IMG/VR virus record: IMGVR_UViG_3300036766_001722
Length of the DNA: 40,952 nt
Source of the DNA: an uncultured virus (IMG/VR IMGVR_UViG_3300036766_001722)
Taxonomy: Duplodnaviria; Heunggongvirae; Uroviricota; Caudoviricetes
Direction: 5' to 3' (one strand)
The notes under the pieces were generated by a model that saw only the letters and a program-made list of their open reading frames with translations, made no database searches and was not told where the DNA came from. Positions 1 through 8,714 of the stretch are shown here, in pieces. A program made the translations under genes and the position numbers. The first letter of the stretch is position 1; each line of letters starts with the position of its first letter.

Positions 1-1
1 A

Positions 2-280
2 AACCCCGTCGAGTCCCGGCTCAAGGAGCAGGGGCCGCCGGTTCGCTACCCAAAGGCGTTCACACGCCTCGGCTACTGTCTCGGCGTGTGGTGCCGCCGC
101 TACGATGTCGACGAGGGCTACTTCTCGACCCATCCGCGTGGCTGCGACCTCTACTGCTCGCCGAGCGGCAACCTGCTCGGCGTGTATTCGCCCGAGGAGC
201 AGCCTGACGGATCGATCGGATGGCTGGCGATCATGGCTGGCGGCAACCTTCGCGTCATCGCAGACGGGATCGACGGATGA
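2..280 (+). CDS. hypothetical protein, 5'-truncated by window edge
   Basis: The frame is open from base 2 and its stop overlaps the next ATG (ATGA at 277-280). Confidence 0.55.
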   Translation, partial: NPVESRLKEQGPPVRYPKAFTRLGYCLGVWCRRYDVDEGYFSTHPRGCDLYCSPSGNLLGVYSPEEQPDGSIGWLAIMAGGNLRVIADGIDG

Positions 281-879
281 AGCCGGAAGATTTGATCCCT
301 GTCGCCACGGCCGTCGGTGCGACGCTAGCCACGCTCGGCGTGCCGCGGCTCATCAAGGCGGTTGGCGAAGCGTGGAAGAAGCGGGCGGAGGCCGGTGCCG
401 ATGTCGTCGTGATCAACGCGACGACGCAGGCCAAGACGCGGGAGGCCGACAGCACCGCGAAGCACAAGCTGGAAGCCGAACGCGCCGCGCTCGACAGCGA
501 GCAAGAGAAGCGTGTGTTCGACCGGCTCATGGCGAAGGTCGAGGAGCACGACAAGACGCGCGAGGATAGGATCATCTACCTCGAACAGCACGTTGCGACG
601 CTGGAACGGGAGCGGGATGCGGCGAGAACTGCTCGCGACGACCTTCAGCGCACGGCGCAAGATCTCGCTGAGCGTGCTTCGATGGTCGCCACTACCCTCG
701 CGAAGACGGAGCGTCGCGTGCTCGAGTTGACCGCGACTTGCACGCGTCTCGAAGAACTGCTGGCGGGAGCGAAGGAGCAGATCGAGCAGCTTCGAGCAGC
801 GCTGCACATCGCGCACCTGGAGAAGGCAGATCTCGAAGCGCAGCTCGAACGAGAGCGCGCCCGCGGCACCGCCGGTTAG
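277..879 (+). CDS. N-terminal membrane anchor plus long coiled coil (possible lysis/envelope protein)
   Basis: Hydrophobic LIPVATAVGATLATLGV segment followed by E/R/L/A heptad-rich sequence. Confidence 0.6.
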   Translation: MKPEDLIPVATAVGATLATLGVPRLIKAVGEAWKKRAEAGADVVVINATTQAKTREADSTAKHKLEAERAALDSEQEKRVFDRLMAKVEEHDKTREDRIIYLEQHVATLERERDAARTARDDLQRTAQDLAERASMVATTLAKTERRVLELTATCTRLEELLAGAKEQIEQLRAALHIAHLEKADLEAQLERERARGTAG

Positions 880-1244
880 GCCGACTTCGCCGCCCAGACG
901 AGGAAGCCGAACGCGCCCACGTAGATCGCCGGAATGATCCACGTCGGCATCGGCGTCATTATGTCGGCGGGCAGAGGCTGCAACTGGACGGTGGGCTGCA
1001 TCGGCACCGTGCTGTTCGTGGTCGTCACGGCCGGGCTCATCGTCTGAACCGCCACGTCCGCCGCTGTCGGCTGCGGCATCGTCAGCACGTCCGTGGGCGG
1101 CTGCGCTTTGAGGTGGTGCTCGCGACACATGGCGTCCGCGTCTCCGCCCGGTGGCATGCCGATGATGGAACCGTCGGCGCAGGTCACAGCGACTGCCTGT
1201 GGCACCTGTCCGAGACTGCGACGCGTAGGCCGGTGATAGCTCAT
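876..1244 (-). CDS. small putative virion membrane protein (MSYH...SLGQ leader, P/T-rich, C-terminal TM)
   Basis: Starts MSYHRPTRRSLGQ and ends in hydrophobic WIIPAIYVGAFGFLVWAA-K. Confidence 0.6.
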   Translation of the reverse strand: MSYHRPTRRSLGQVPQAVAVTCADGSIIGMPPGGDADAMCREHHLKAQPPTDVLTMPQPTAADVAVQTMSPAVTTTNSTVPMQPTVQLQPLPADIMTPMPTWIIPAIYVGAFGFLVWAAKSA

Positions 1245-1288
1245 GCGTGGATGATAGCTGGCTCCGATGATGACGATCAAAATAGTTC

Positions 1289-1317
1289 TTGACGTGAGCT
1301 TGGGCCCCAGTTAGGGT
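1289..1317 (+). promoter_or_regulatory. sigma70-type promoter upstream of structural operon
   Basis: TTGACG-17 nt-TAGGGT. Confidence 0.5.
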
Positions 1318-1367
1318 GCTCTTCGAGACTAAGCCGCTGCGGGTCGAAGTGCCGAACCCTGTGCAAA

Positions 1368-2291
1368 ATGGCTCTGGTCTACACTGCAAGCAGCGAACGA
1401 GAGGCGCGTGAGTACGCGCGGGTTCCTGGGATGGAACCGAACGGTCCCGGCGTCAGTGCGCTGACCGTCGTCAACCCGGGGAAGGCCCCTCGGGGTCGCG
1501 GTTTCAAGTGGGTCTCCAACGGGAGCAAAAAGAAGATGCCCTATACGGTCGCCAGCCTCCGTCGTGCTCGTCGCAATCCCGCGACCGGGCATCGTTCGGT
1601 GTTGGAGGCCGCGCGTGCGATGGACATCGGCAGCACGCCTTCGGGTACGCGCAAGCGCAAGTCGAAGGTGTCGGTCCGCAAGGGCAAGACGCACGCGAAG
1701 GTCCACGCCCACGGCAAGAAGAGCCGCAAGGGCAAGCGCAAGTCGTCGGGCGCGGCCCGCGCGACTCGCAAGAGCAGCAAGAAGAGCCGTCGCAGCGGTG
1801 GCGGTCTCCGCCGCATCTCGCGGCTCTTCAACCGTCCGGTCACGAGCAACCGTCGCAGCAAGCGTCGCAGCAAGCGCAAGTCGATGAAGAAGAACGCGGG
1901 AGTCAACATGTCCAGCCGTCGTAGAGGGCGCCGAGTGCGCCGCAATTCGCGTCGTCGTCGTACCCGTCGCAACCCGGGCGTGCGCTACGTGGTGGCCAAC
2001 CGCTACCGCCGCAAGTCGCCGCGCCGTGGCCACGGCCGCCGCACCCGCCGCAACCCGGGCGTGCGCTATGTGGTCGCCAACCGCGGTCGTCGCCGTTCTC
2101 GCCGCTCGGTGCGCCGCAACGTGATGCAGGCAGCGGCGAACCCGCGCCGCTCGCGCCGCTCGCGTCGCCGTCGCGGCACACGTCGCAATCCGTTCTACGT
2201 GCTGGCGAAGAACCGCGGCACGTCGAAGGGCCGCCGCTCGCTCGCGGCGAAGAAGGGCTGGGCGCGTCGTCGCCGTTCGGTGCGTCGGTGA
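1368..2291 (+). CDS. Arg/Lys-rich protamine-like putative DNA-condensing core protein
   Basis: Very basic, with repeated RRNP-GVRYVVANR units; ends RRRRSVRR; stop overlaps the next GTG. The start could be 1431. Confidence 0.7.
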   Translation: MALVYTASSEREAREYARVPGMEPNGPGVSALTVVNPGKAPRGRGFKWVSNGSKKKMPYTVASLRRARRNPATGHRSVLEAARAMDIGSTPSGTRKRKSKVSVRKGKTHAKVHAHGKKSRKGKRKSSGAARATRKSSKKSRRSGGGLRRISRLFNRPVTSNRRSKRRSKRKSMKKNAGVNMSSRRRGRRVRRNSRRRRTRRNPGVRYVVANRYRRKSPRRGHGRRTRRNPGVRYVVANRGRRRSRRSVRRNVMQAAANPRRSRRSRRRRGTRRNPFYVLAKNRGTSKGRRSLAAKKGWARRRRSVRR

Positions 2292-3688
2292 AGCGCAAGT
2301 ACCGCAAGTCGCGCCGTCACGGGCGCCGGGTGCGCCGCAACGTGACGCAGGCGGCGGCGAACCGCCGTCGTTCGCGTCGCCCGCGCCGCAACGTGATGCA
2401 GGTGATGGCGAACCGCGGTCATCGTCGCTCGCGCCGCCGTCGCAGCACGCGCCGCAACCCGACCTACTTCGCCATGGCGAACCGTGGTCGTCGTCGCTCG
2501 CGCCGCTCGGTGCGTCGCAACCGCTTCACCGGCTCGCGCTTCCGCGGCTTCCGCGTGAACGGCCGCCGCAGAAGCCTGCGTCGTAATCTGCTTGCGACCC
2601 AGGGTGGTCGCACGCTGCAGATCGTGGAACTCGGCCCGCGCTCGGGCCGGATGAAGGGGCACAAGATTCACGTGCCCGGCTTCGACACTGTCGGCTACCG
2701 CCGTGGTTTCACGTTTGGCGGTGCTGCCAAGCGCGCTCACGCCCGCAAGCGCGGGATGTCCAAGAACTCGAGGAGAACGTCCATGCGTCGCAACCCCCGT
2801 TACGTATTCGCCCCCAACCGTCGTCATTCGCGTCGGAGCCGTCACCTCCGCCGCAACCGTCACGGCCGCATGCTCCGCAACGCGGCGGTGGACGTGATGC
2901 AGCAGGTGATCATCCCGGTCGCGGGTGGCACTGCCGGGTTCGTCGGCGCGCGCGTGATCGCCAACGCGATCTCGCAGGTCGGCGCCATCACGAACATCCT
3001 CGACAAGGGACAGCCGCCCGAGATGGCGGACAACACCAAGATCGTCGCGAACCTGCTGACGATCGCCGCGACGTTCGGCGTCGGAGCGAAGGTGGAGATC
3101 GTGCGCAAGAACCAGGGCGCGATCGTCACCGGCATGGGCCTCGCGCTCGTGGACAAGCTGCTCGGCAAGATCGGCGGCACCGCCGGCAACTATCTGAGCG
3201 GCGTCGGCGAGTACTTCGACCAGCCGGTCGCGGGCGTCGGCGAGTACTTCGACCAGCCGGTCGCGGGCGTCGGTGAGTACTTCGACCAGCCGGTCAGTGG
3301 ACTCGGGGCCTACATCTCCGACCCGACGGCGGGTATGGGCGAGTACTTCGACCAGCCGGTCGCAGGCCTCGGCGCGATGTACGCCACGGCGGGCGCGGAT
3401 GGCCTCATGGACATCGCGGAGGCGCAGGCCGGTGTCGGAGCCGTCGAGCAGGCGGCAGCGGGCATGGGCATGATGTACGCCACCGCGGGCTTCGGTGACG
3501 ATGCCGGTCCGCCGGTCGTCGCGCTGACGCAGGTGCCGTTCACCAGCATCCAGACGCCGACGGACGTCGCGTCGCAGATCACGAACACGCAGCCGTACAC
3601 CCAGCAGGTCGAGTCGTCGATGGTTCCGGGCGAGGCCACTGGCTACGCGTCCGGACTCTTCGCCGGCACGATCTTCGAGGGCTGCTGA
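2288..3688 (+). CDS. Arg-rich N-terminus, hydrophobic helices and acidic GxGEYFDQPVA repeats; putative core/internal-membrane protein
   Basis: About 200 aa of RRN/ANR repeats, then hydrophobic segments (VIIPVAGGTAGFVGARVIA; GAIVTGMGLALV) and 11-aa tandem repeats. Confidence 0.7.
   Translation: MKRKYRKSRRHGRRVRRNVTQAAANRRRSRRPRRNVMQVMANRGHRRSRRRRSTRRNPTYFAMANRGRRRSRRSVRRNRFTGSRFRGFRVNGRRRSLRRNLLATQGGRTLQIVELGPRSGRMKGHKIHVPGFDTVGYRRGFTFGGAAKRAHARKRGMSKNSRRTSMRRNPRYVFAPNRRHSRRSRHLRRNRHGRMLRNAAVDVMQQVIIPVAGGTAGFVGARVIANAISQVGAITNILDKGQPPEMADNTKIVANLLTIAATFGVGAKVEIVRKNQGAIVTGMGLALVDKLLGKIGGTAGNYLSGVGEYFDQPVAGVGEYFDQPVAGVGEYFDQPVSGLGAYISDPTAGMGEYFDQPVAGLGAMYATAGADGLMDIAEAQAGVGAVEQAAAGMGMMYATAGFGDDAGPPVVALTQVPFTSIQTPTDVASQITNTQPYTQQVESSMVPGEATGYASGLFAGTIFEGC
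3200..3364 (+). repeat. five tandem 33-bp coding repeats (GVGEYFDQPVA; fourth unit diverged)
   Basis: GGCGTCGGCGAGTACTTCGACCAGCCGGTCGCG units start at 3200, 3233, 3266, (3299) and 3332. Confidence 0.9.
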
Positions 3689-3690
3689 AC

Positions 3691-4473
3691 ATGGGCCGCC
3701 GTCACTCGCGTCGCCGGCACAGCCTGCGAAAGAACCGCGGTCACCGCCGCGTGCGCCGGAACCCCGACTGGATGCGTGAGGTCGTGGTGCCGGTAGCCGG
3801 TGGAGCCGCGGGCTTCATCGCGGCGCGCGTCGGCGGCCACCTCCTCGCCAACCAGAGCCTGCCGGTCGTCGCCGGCAACCCGAACGCTGCCAAGCTCGTC
3901 GCGGCTGCGGTCGGAATCCCGCTCGCAGCGTGGGGCGCGTCGAAGGTGGACGTGCTGCGCGAGAACCTCGGCGCGGTCGTCCTCGGCATGGGCATGGCGC
4001 CGGTGGAGGGCTACCTCCGCGGCGTGCCGTTCATGGGCGGCTCGCCCATGATCGCCATGCCCGTCTCGACGCCGATGACGACGCCGGCTCCGGTGGTCGA
4101 CACGGCGCAGTCGCCGAATGCGGCGACGGGTCCGACGGCCGGTCTCTCCGACTACTACACGTCGGGGATGCTCGGGCTCGGCACCGGCATGGACGTGAGC
4201 CACTTCGGTGCGCCCTACCAGGGCATGCTGGGGATCGGCGACGCCGATGCCGTGATCACCAGGGCGGAGCACGCCGACGCGAGCGCGACGCGTGGCGGTC
4301 GGTGGGGCTCGGTCCCCGCGGTCTCCATCGTCACACCGACGGACGCGATCGCTCGCGCACACGAGGAGCCGTTCGCGGCTCCGATGACGGAGACCTTCGC
4401 TTCGCCGGGAGGTCGCGGGTACGCGGGCGGCATCTTCGCTCGCCAGCTCTTCAGCCAGGGGATGGACGTCTAG
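3691..4473 (+). CDS. paralog of 2288..3688 with a short Arg-rich N-terminus; putative virion membrane protein
   Basis: Shared blocks: VVVPVAGGAAGFIAARV, vRxNxGAxVxGMG, SIxTPTD and GYAxGxFA. Confidence 0.7.
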   Translation: MGRRHSRRRHSLRKNRGHRRVRRNPDWMREVVVPVAGGAAGFIAARVGGHLLANQSLPVVAGNPNAAKLVAAAVGIPLAAWGASKVDVLRENLGAVVLGMGMAPVEGYLRGVPFMGGSPMIAMPVSTPMTTPAPVVDTAQSPNAATGPTAGLSDYYTSGMLGLGTGMDVSHFGAPYQGMLGIGDADAVITRAEHADASATRGGRWGSVPAVSIVTPTDAIARAHEEPFAAPMTETFASPGGRGYAGGIFARQLFSQGMDV

Positions 4474-4642
4474 GTCCACATGATCGTCAGCGGCTCGGTC
4501 ACCGCAAGGTGAGAGCTGTCCGACTGCCGGGCAGCAAGCGAGTCGCAAAGAGGGCCGTCGCGATAGACGGATCCACGGCAGGAACAGAAACCCAACATGG
4601 TGTTGGGTGGACTCTCAGAGACAGAAGCACGAAGGACAACAC

Positions 4643-5494
4643 ATGCCCAAGATCGTAGGAACGCGCGAGCGCGTTCACCAGCCGTTCTATGACTCCCTCA
4701 TCCGCGTCGACGGGTCCGCTGACCTGCGCTCGGGGAACCAGGGCGTCTTCCAGGCCCTCAACGGCCGCACGCAGCTCTTCACGCGCCAGGGTTCGGACAT
4801 CGCCGTCTGCAACCTGACGACCGGCTCGACGTTCCCGTCGGACCAGACGTTCATCACGCTCGCGATCCGCGTGTGGACGTACTTCCGCTTCAACACGGAG
4901 TCGACGCGCACCGTCGCGCCGGGCGCGACCTACATGGGTCAGCTCCCCGGCAACGTGGCGCCCGTGGGTGCCATGGGCGGCGTGACGGTGGACCGCGTGC
5001 AGCGCGTCCACAAGCTGTACTACCAGGCCGAGAACCAGCTCTTCTGGCAGTTCTTCGCCGGTGACAAGCCGCAGATCACCACCTTCACGGCGTACACGCC
5101 GTTCGCGGGCGGCATCGACGGCTACTTCTCGGACTCGCGCCTGTACGTGGCGAACAACGGCGAGCCGACCTCGAGCGCGCTCATGCGCCTCGCTCGTCCG
5201 ATCCTCATCCCGCCGCGCCAGGGTTTCCAGGTCGTGTGCCAGGAGTCCTCGATCGGCCAGGCAGTCGGCGCGAACTTCGTGGACCAGGCGAACGGCCTCG
5301 TCCCGAACAACGACGGCTGGGGCCCGATCACGGGCGGCACGACTGGCACGGTCACGGCCGGCTTCGTGAACCAGACGACGAACCTCGGCCTCCTCGCGAA
5401 CAGCGGCGCCGGCCTCTCGGTGGCAGGCGCGGACGACATCGAGAAGGACTGCAAGTATCTCCTCGATGGGCTTCACAGCCGGGACGTTCTGTAA
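4643..5494 (+). CDS. putative major capsid protein (single jelly-roll-like)
   Basis: 283 aa and beta-rich. The pattern QPFYDS...LF...NLTTGSTFPSDQTFITLAIRV...LARPILIPPRQGFQV...LDG resembles capsid proteins of tailless prokaryotic viruses. Strong C/G-ending codon bias, GAAGGA RBS. The fold is inferred. Confidence 0.55.
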   Translation: MPKIVGTRERVHQPFYDSLIRVDGSADLRSGNQGVFQALNGRTQLFTRQGSDIAVCNLTTGSTFPSDQTFITLAIRVWTYFRFNTESTRTVAPGATYMGQLPGNVAPVGAMGGVTVDRVQRVHKLYYQAENQLFWQFFAGDKPQITTFTAYTPFAGGIDGYFSDSRLYVANNGEPTSSALMRLARPILIPPRQGFQVVCQESSIGQAVGANFVDQANGLVPNNDGWGPITGGTTGTVTAGFVNQTTNLGLLANSGAGLSVAGADDIEKDCKYLLDGLHSRDVL

Positions 5495-5610
5495 TCTGAA
5501 TGGTTCCGCCTAGTTACGGCGGAAACATCAGACACAGCACGAACTGATCGGGCAGCTCCGGCCCTACAAGCGGAGTGACACAGACGCGGCGGCGAGCTTC
5601 GGCTCGCCCC

Positions 5611-5652
5611 GCGACTCCTGAGCAGGAGCGAGAGTTCCTGCGCAGGAGTCGC
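5611..5652 (+). other. long intergenic hairpin downstream of putative MCP gene
   Basis: GCGACTCCTG-A-GCAGGA...TCCTGC-G-CAGGAGTCGC inverted repeat. Confidence 0.6.
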
Positions 5653-5715
5653 GGCAACGCGAAAACCGCCGTAGGCCCGACGAGGAGTCGGGTGATGGGC
5701 AAGGTAACTAGACAC

Positions 5716-6684
5716 ATGGCCGATCCGAATCTCCCGCAGCTCCCCACGAATCTTCACCCGCAGCTCGCTTCTCACCTCGCTGCCCTCGGCGACAAGAACG
5801 AGCGGCAGGAGATGCAGCTCAGAGCCCTCTACAAGAGGGTCATGCAGCTCGCGCAGCAGCACGCTGACGATCAAGTCGCGATCCGCGAGCTGCGCGCCGC
5901 CTACAAGAAGGCGGCCGACCGCATCCGCTACATCGAGGACATCCCCGGCAAGCGCGTGCCGTACTTCCTCGGGTTCAACATCGAGATCCCAGGCCCCGAC
6001 AGCCCGACCGAGACCCTGCGCGGCGCCCGTCTGCCCGACGTGAAGCAGGTCTCGATGGACGGCCCGTTCGTGTGCACGTCCTACATGACGGCCTTCCTGA
6101 TGAAGACGTTCTCGATCGGTCCCTATACGATCGACAACGATCCGAACACGGGCCGTCCGAACGATCCCCAGGCCGGTATCGAGGTGATCACGCCGCTCTC
6201 GGGCCGCTTCCGCCCGTGTGCGAGCACCGCCGATCCGTTCTCGGGCGCTTACATCGGCGCGCAGGTCGGTCCGTTCAACGAGGCCGGAGCGTCGCTCGTC
6301 AACACGTTCCGCCCGGGCGAGATCGACTTCCTCTTCGAGGTCCAGGACAGCGGCGTCGATCGTCTCCGCCAGAACCAGGTCCCGATTCCGTCGCGCTACC
6401 TCGTCACGGAGTTCGACCGCCCGCTCTACCTGCCGGTGTCGGACTTCTTCGAGCGTGGCACGACGATCACGTTCACCGCCACCCTCACGCGTGACCTCGG
6501 GTTCGCCGAGGTCAACTACGCACAGCTCCCGAATGGCTTCGCCGAGGGCAATCAGAATCCGCCCCCGAATCCTCCGCTCACTGGCGCAGTCACGTCCTCC
6601 CGTGCAGTGGTGTCCATCGGCGGCACGCTCTACTTCACGATGGTCGGCTACAAGATCCTTCAGGCGCAGAGCCCCGGGGTCTGA
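5716..6684 (+). CDS. putative second/minor capsid protein (N-terminal coiled coil plus jelly-roll-like domain)
   Basis: DGPFVC...FEVQDSGVDR..QN..IP...PLYLP...FERGTTITFT...LYFTMVGYK beta-strand pattern. Confidence 0.5.
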   Translation: MADPNLPQLPTNLHPQLASHLAALGDKNERQEMQLRALYKRVMQLAQQHADDQVAIRELRAAYKKAADRIRYIEDIPGKRVPYFLGFNIEIPGPDSPTETLRGARLPDVKQVSMDGPFVCTSYMTAFLMKTFSIGPYTIDNDPNTGRPNDPQAGIEVITPLSGRFRPCASTADPFSGAYIGAQVGPFNEAGASLVNTFRPGEIDFLFEVQDSGVDRLRQNQVPIPSRYLVTEFDRPLYLPVSDFFERGTTITFTATLTRDLGFAEVNYAQLPNGFAEGNQNPPPNPPLTGAVTSSRAVVSIGGTLYFTMVGYKILQAQSPGV

Positions 6685-7373
6685 TGTCGCCTCGCTCTCA
6701 CCAGGTACGTCTCGCAGGGACTCACGCACAAGCGCCGAGCCCCCTGCCGCAGTCGTACCCGGCCGTCGGACCAGTCGTTTCGACGCAGGTCGTCAACGGG
6801 TTCTCGTCGTGGCTGCCTGGGCGCACGCGGGTCTTCTATCAGCGGAACCTGTTCCTGGCGTACCCGCGGCCGATTCAGATGGCGCCCGGAGCCCCGTATC
6901 CGACCGACCGTACGATCTTCAAGCTGCGGGCGCCTCAGGAGCAGGTGATCGTAGTTCGGCAGATCGCGTTCCGGGTGTTCATCCACTCTGGCATCGGCAA
7001 CGACGACCTCGTGGAGCTGCAGCGGTCGCGCTCGACGACGTTCCTCGGGTTCAGTTTCGCGAGCGGCAACCGCGGGATCACCGACTACGTCACGAACGTC
7101 TCCTCCATCAAGGGCGCGGTCCAGCAGGGACCTAACGGCGCGACCGTTGCGCCGCAGTCGGGCAGCGGCACCATCTGGCCGTTCACCGGCAGCATCGTGC
7201 CGGGGGGAGACCAGAACTGGGCCGGCTACATCATGCCGAACCAGGAGTACGACGCGAAGGTGGTGATCCTTCGCGAGCCCAACTTTGATGTTCGGGTCAT
7301 CTCGTGCGAGGTCAGCGGCTGGGTCCTCGGCGAGACGCAGTTCAACTACATGATCGACAAACTCACGGGGTAA
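6684..7373 (+). CDS. putative minor capsid/penton-like protein
   Basis: Translationally coupled; beta-rich (IFKLRAPQEQVIVVRQIAF ... CEVSGWV). Confidence 0.45.
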   Translation: MSPRSHQVRLAGTHAQAPSPLPQSYPAVGPVVSTQVVNGFSSWLPGRTRVFYQRNLFLAYPRPIQMAPGAPYPTDRTIFKLRAPQEQVIVVRQIAFRVFIHSGIGNDDLVELQRSRSTTFLGFSFASGNRGITDYVTNVSSIKGAVQQGPNGATVAPQSGSGTIWPFTGSIVPGGDQNWAGYIMPNQEYDAKVVILREPNFDVRVISCEVSGWVLGETQFNYMIDKLTG

Positions 7374-7387
7374 CCACGCACTCTCTC

Positions 7388-7517
7388 GCTCGACCATCAG
7401 AACCGGGGCCTGCATTCCTTGAAGGAAGAACCTCAACCAATGGGTCATTCTCCTCCAGGCGCCCCACCTAGCCGCCTCGCAGCGGAAGGGATCGGGCCTC
7501 GGTTCGGATGGTCGAGC
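7388..7517 (+). ncRNA. candidate structured intergenic RNA closed by a 23-bp terminal stem
   Basis: 7388-7410 pairs with 7495-7517 (one mismatch, one G-U). Confidence 0.4.
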
Positions 7518-7552
7518 CTCTCACCAACCGGCAAGTCGAAAGGGACTCTCAC

Positions 7553-7891
7553 ATGAAGAAGAAGCGTCGTCGTCACACCAAGGCTCGCTACGCACTGAAG
7601 ATCGCCGGCAAGCGCCACAACTTCCGCCTCAAGCGCGCAGCGCGTAAGGCAGCAGTGGCCGCTCGTCGCAGCGGTCGCTCCGTGGTGGCGGTGCCGGGTC
7701 ATCCGACGGGCCTCGCGGCGCGTCGCTCGAAGAAGCGCCGCAGCAGCAGCAAGAAGCGCCACTCGGTTCGCAAGAACCGTCGTCGCTCGCGCCGCGTGCG
7801 CCGCAACGTGAGCTACGCGACGGCGAATCGTCGTCGTTCGCGCCGCCACTCGGTGCGCCGCAACCGCCGTCACCGTCGCTCGCGCCGCTAA
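7553..7891 (+). CDS. small Arg-rich protein, RRSRR-tail array member 1
   Basis: GAAAGGGA RBS; RRN/ANR repeats; ends HRRSRR. Confidence 0.75.
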   Translation: MKKKRRRHTKARYALKIAGKRHNFRLKRAARKAAVAARRSGRSVVAVPGHPTGLAARRSKKRRSSSKKRHSVRKNRRRSRRVRRNVSYATANRRRSRRHSVRRNRRHRRSRR

Positions 7892-7897
7892 GGTCAG

Positions 7898-7917
7898 GCC
7901 CTCCTGAGAAGGAGGGC
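7898..7917 (+). terminator. GNRA-capped hairpin (possible terminator or processing site)
   Basis: GCCCTCCT-GAGA-AGGAGGGC, with no clear U-tract. Confidence 0.4.
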
Positions 7918-7965
7918 ATGATCGTCTTCAGGGTAGCCACCGCTGATCGTCAAGGAGAAGACCGC

Positions 7966-8259
7966 ATGAGACGCCGCATGAGGAGACCCGTCACTCGCAG
8001 CCGCAAGCCGCGGGCGAGCGCGTCGAAGTACGTCGTGTTCACCGCGAAGCCGCGCCGCAAGCGTCCGACCGAGCGGTACTTTCGGCTGAGGAGCGCGGCA
8101 CAGAAGGCCGTGCGTCGCGCGAAGGCGCATGGATTCCAGTCGCACATGGAGTCGATCACCGGCTCGTGGGGTGGCGGGTACCGCGCACCGCGCAAGCGTC
8201 GTAGCGTGAGCGCGAATCGCGCGCGTCGTCGCTCGGTACGCCGTCGCAGCCGCCGCTGA
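7966..8259 (+). CDS. small basic protein, RRSRR-tail array member 2
   Basis: AAGGAG RBS; ends RRRSVRRRSRR. Confidence 0.75.
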   Translation: MRRRMRRPVTRSRKPRASASKYVVFTAKPRRKRPTERYFRLRSAAQKAVRRAKAHGFQSHMESITGSWGGGYRAPRKRRSVSANRARRRSVRRRSRR

Positions 8260-8280
8260 TCGTCAAGGAGGAAGACGCGC

Positions 8281-8481
8281 ATGGCCAAGAAGAAGAAAGA
8301 GGACGTGGCGGCCGAGATCACTCTGGCGATCTGGGGAGCGATGTTTTACGGACTCACCAGGAAAGAGATCAACCACGCCATCCGTGAGGGCTTTTCGCCA
8401 CAGGCCGTGCGCTACTACCGCCACGGTCCTCCGAAGCGCAATCCTCGCCGTCGCTCGGTACGCCGTCGCTCTCGCCGCTAG
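8281..8481 (+). CDS. small protein, RRSRR-tail array member 3
   Basis: AGGAGG RBS; helical head followed by KRNPRRRSVRRRSRR. Confidence 0.75.
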   Translation: MAKKKKEDVAAEITLAIWGAMFYGLTRKEINHAIREGFSPQAVRYYRHGPPKRNPRRRSVRRRSRR

Positions 8482-8492
8482 GAGAGAACACC

Positions 8493-8714
8493 GTGAACAC
8501 GAAGAAGGACTACGAGCGCGCAGCGATGATCGTCCGTGGATACCCGCCGACGGGCGTCAGCGACGTGGTCTGCGACGCGTTCGTGATGTTCTTCCGGGGT
8601 GACAACCCGCGCTTCGACGGTGACCGCTTCCGCGCGGCGTGCAAGGGCGGCGCAGTGCGTCGGAACCGTCGCTCGCCGCGTCGCCGTTCGGTCCGTCGTC
8701 GGAGCCGTCGATGA
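8493..8714 (+). CDS. small protein with DNPRFD..RF..AC head, RRSRR-tail array member 4
   Basis: AGGAG RBS; the head resembles a small phage protein family (TxKDY...DNPRFDxxRFxxAC); tail RRRSVRRRSRR. Confidence 0.75.
   Translation: MNTKKDYERAAMIVRGYPPTGVSDVVCDAFVMFFRGDNPRFDGDRFRAACKGGAVRRNRRSPRRRSVRRRSRR

Noticed and set aside
1368..2900. Arg-rich ORFs as artefacts of high-GC off-frame translation
   Set aside because: They have ordered peptide repeats, Lys/Asn-rich content, consistent codon choice and coupled starts and stops, so they were kept as real genes.
3200..3364. 33-bp repeats as a CRISPR array
   Set aside because: The units are contiguous with no spacers, stay in frame and vary at synonymous positions; they are protein-coding repeats.
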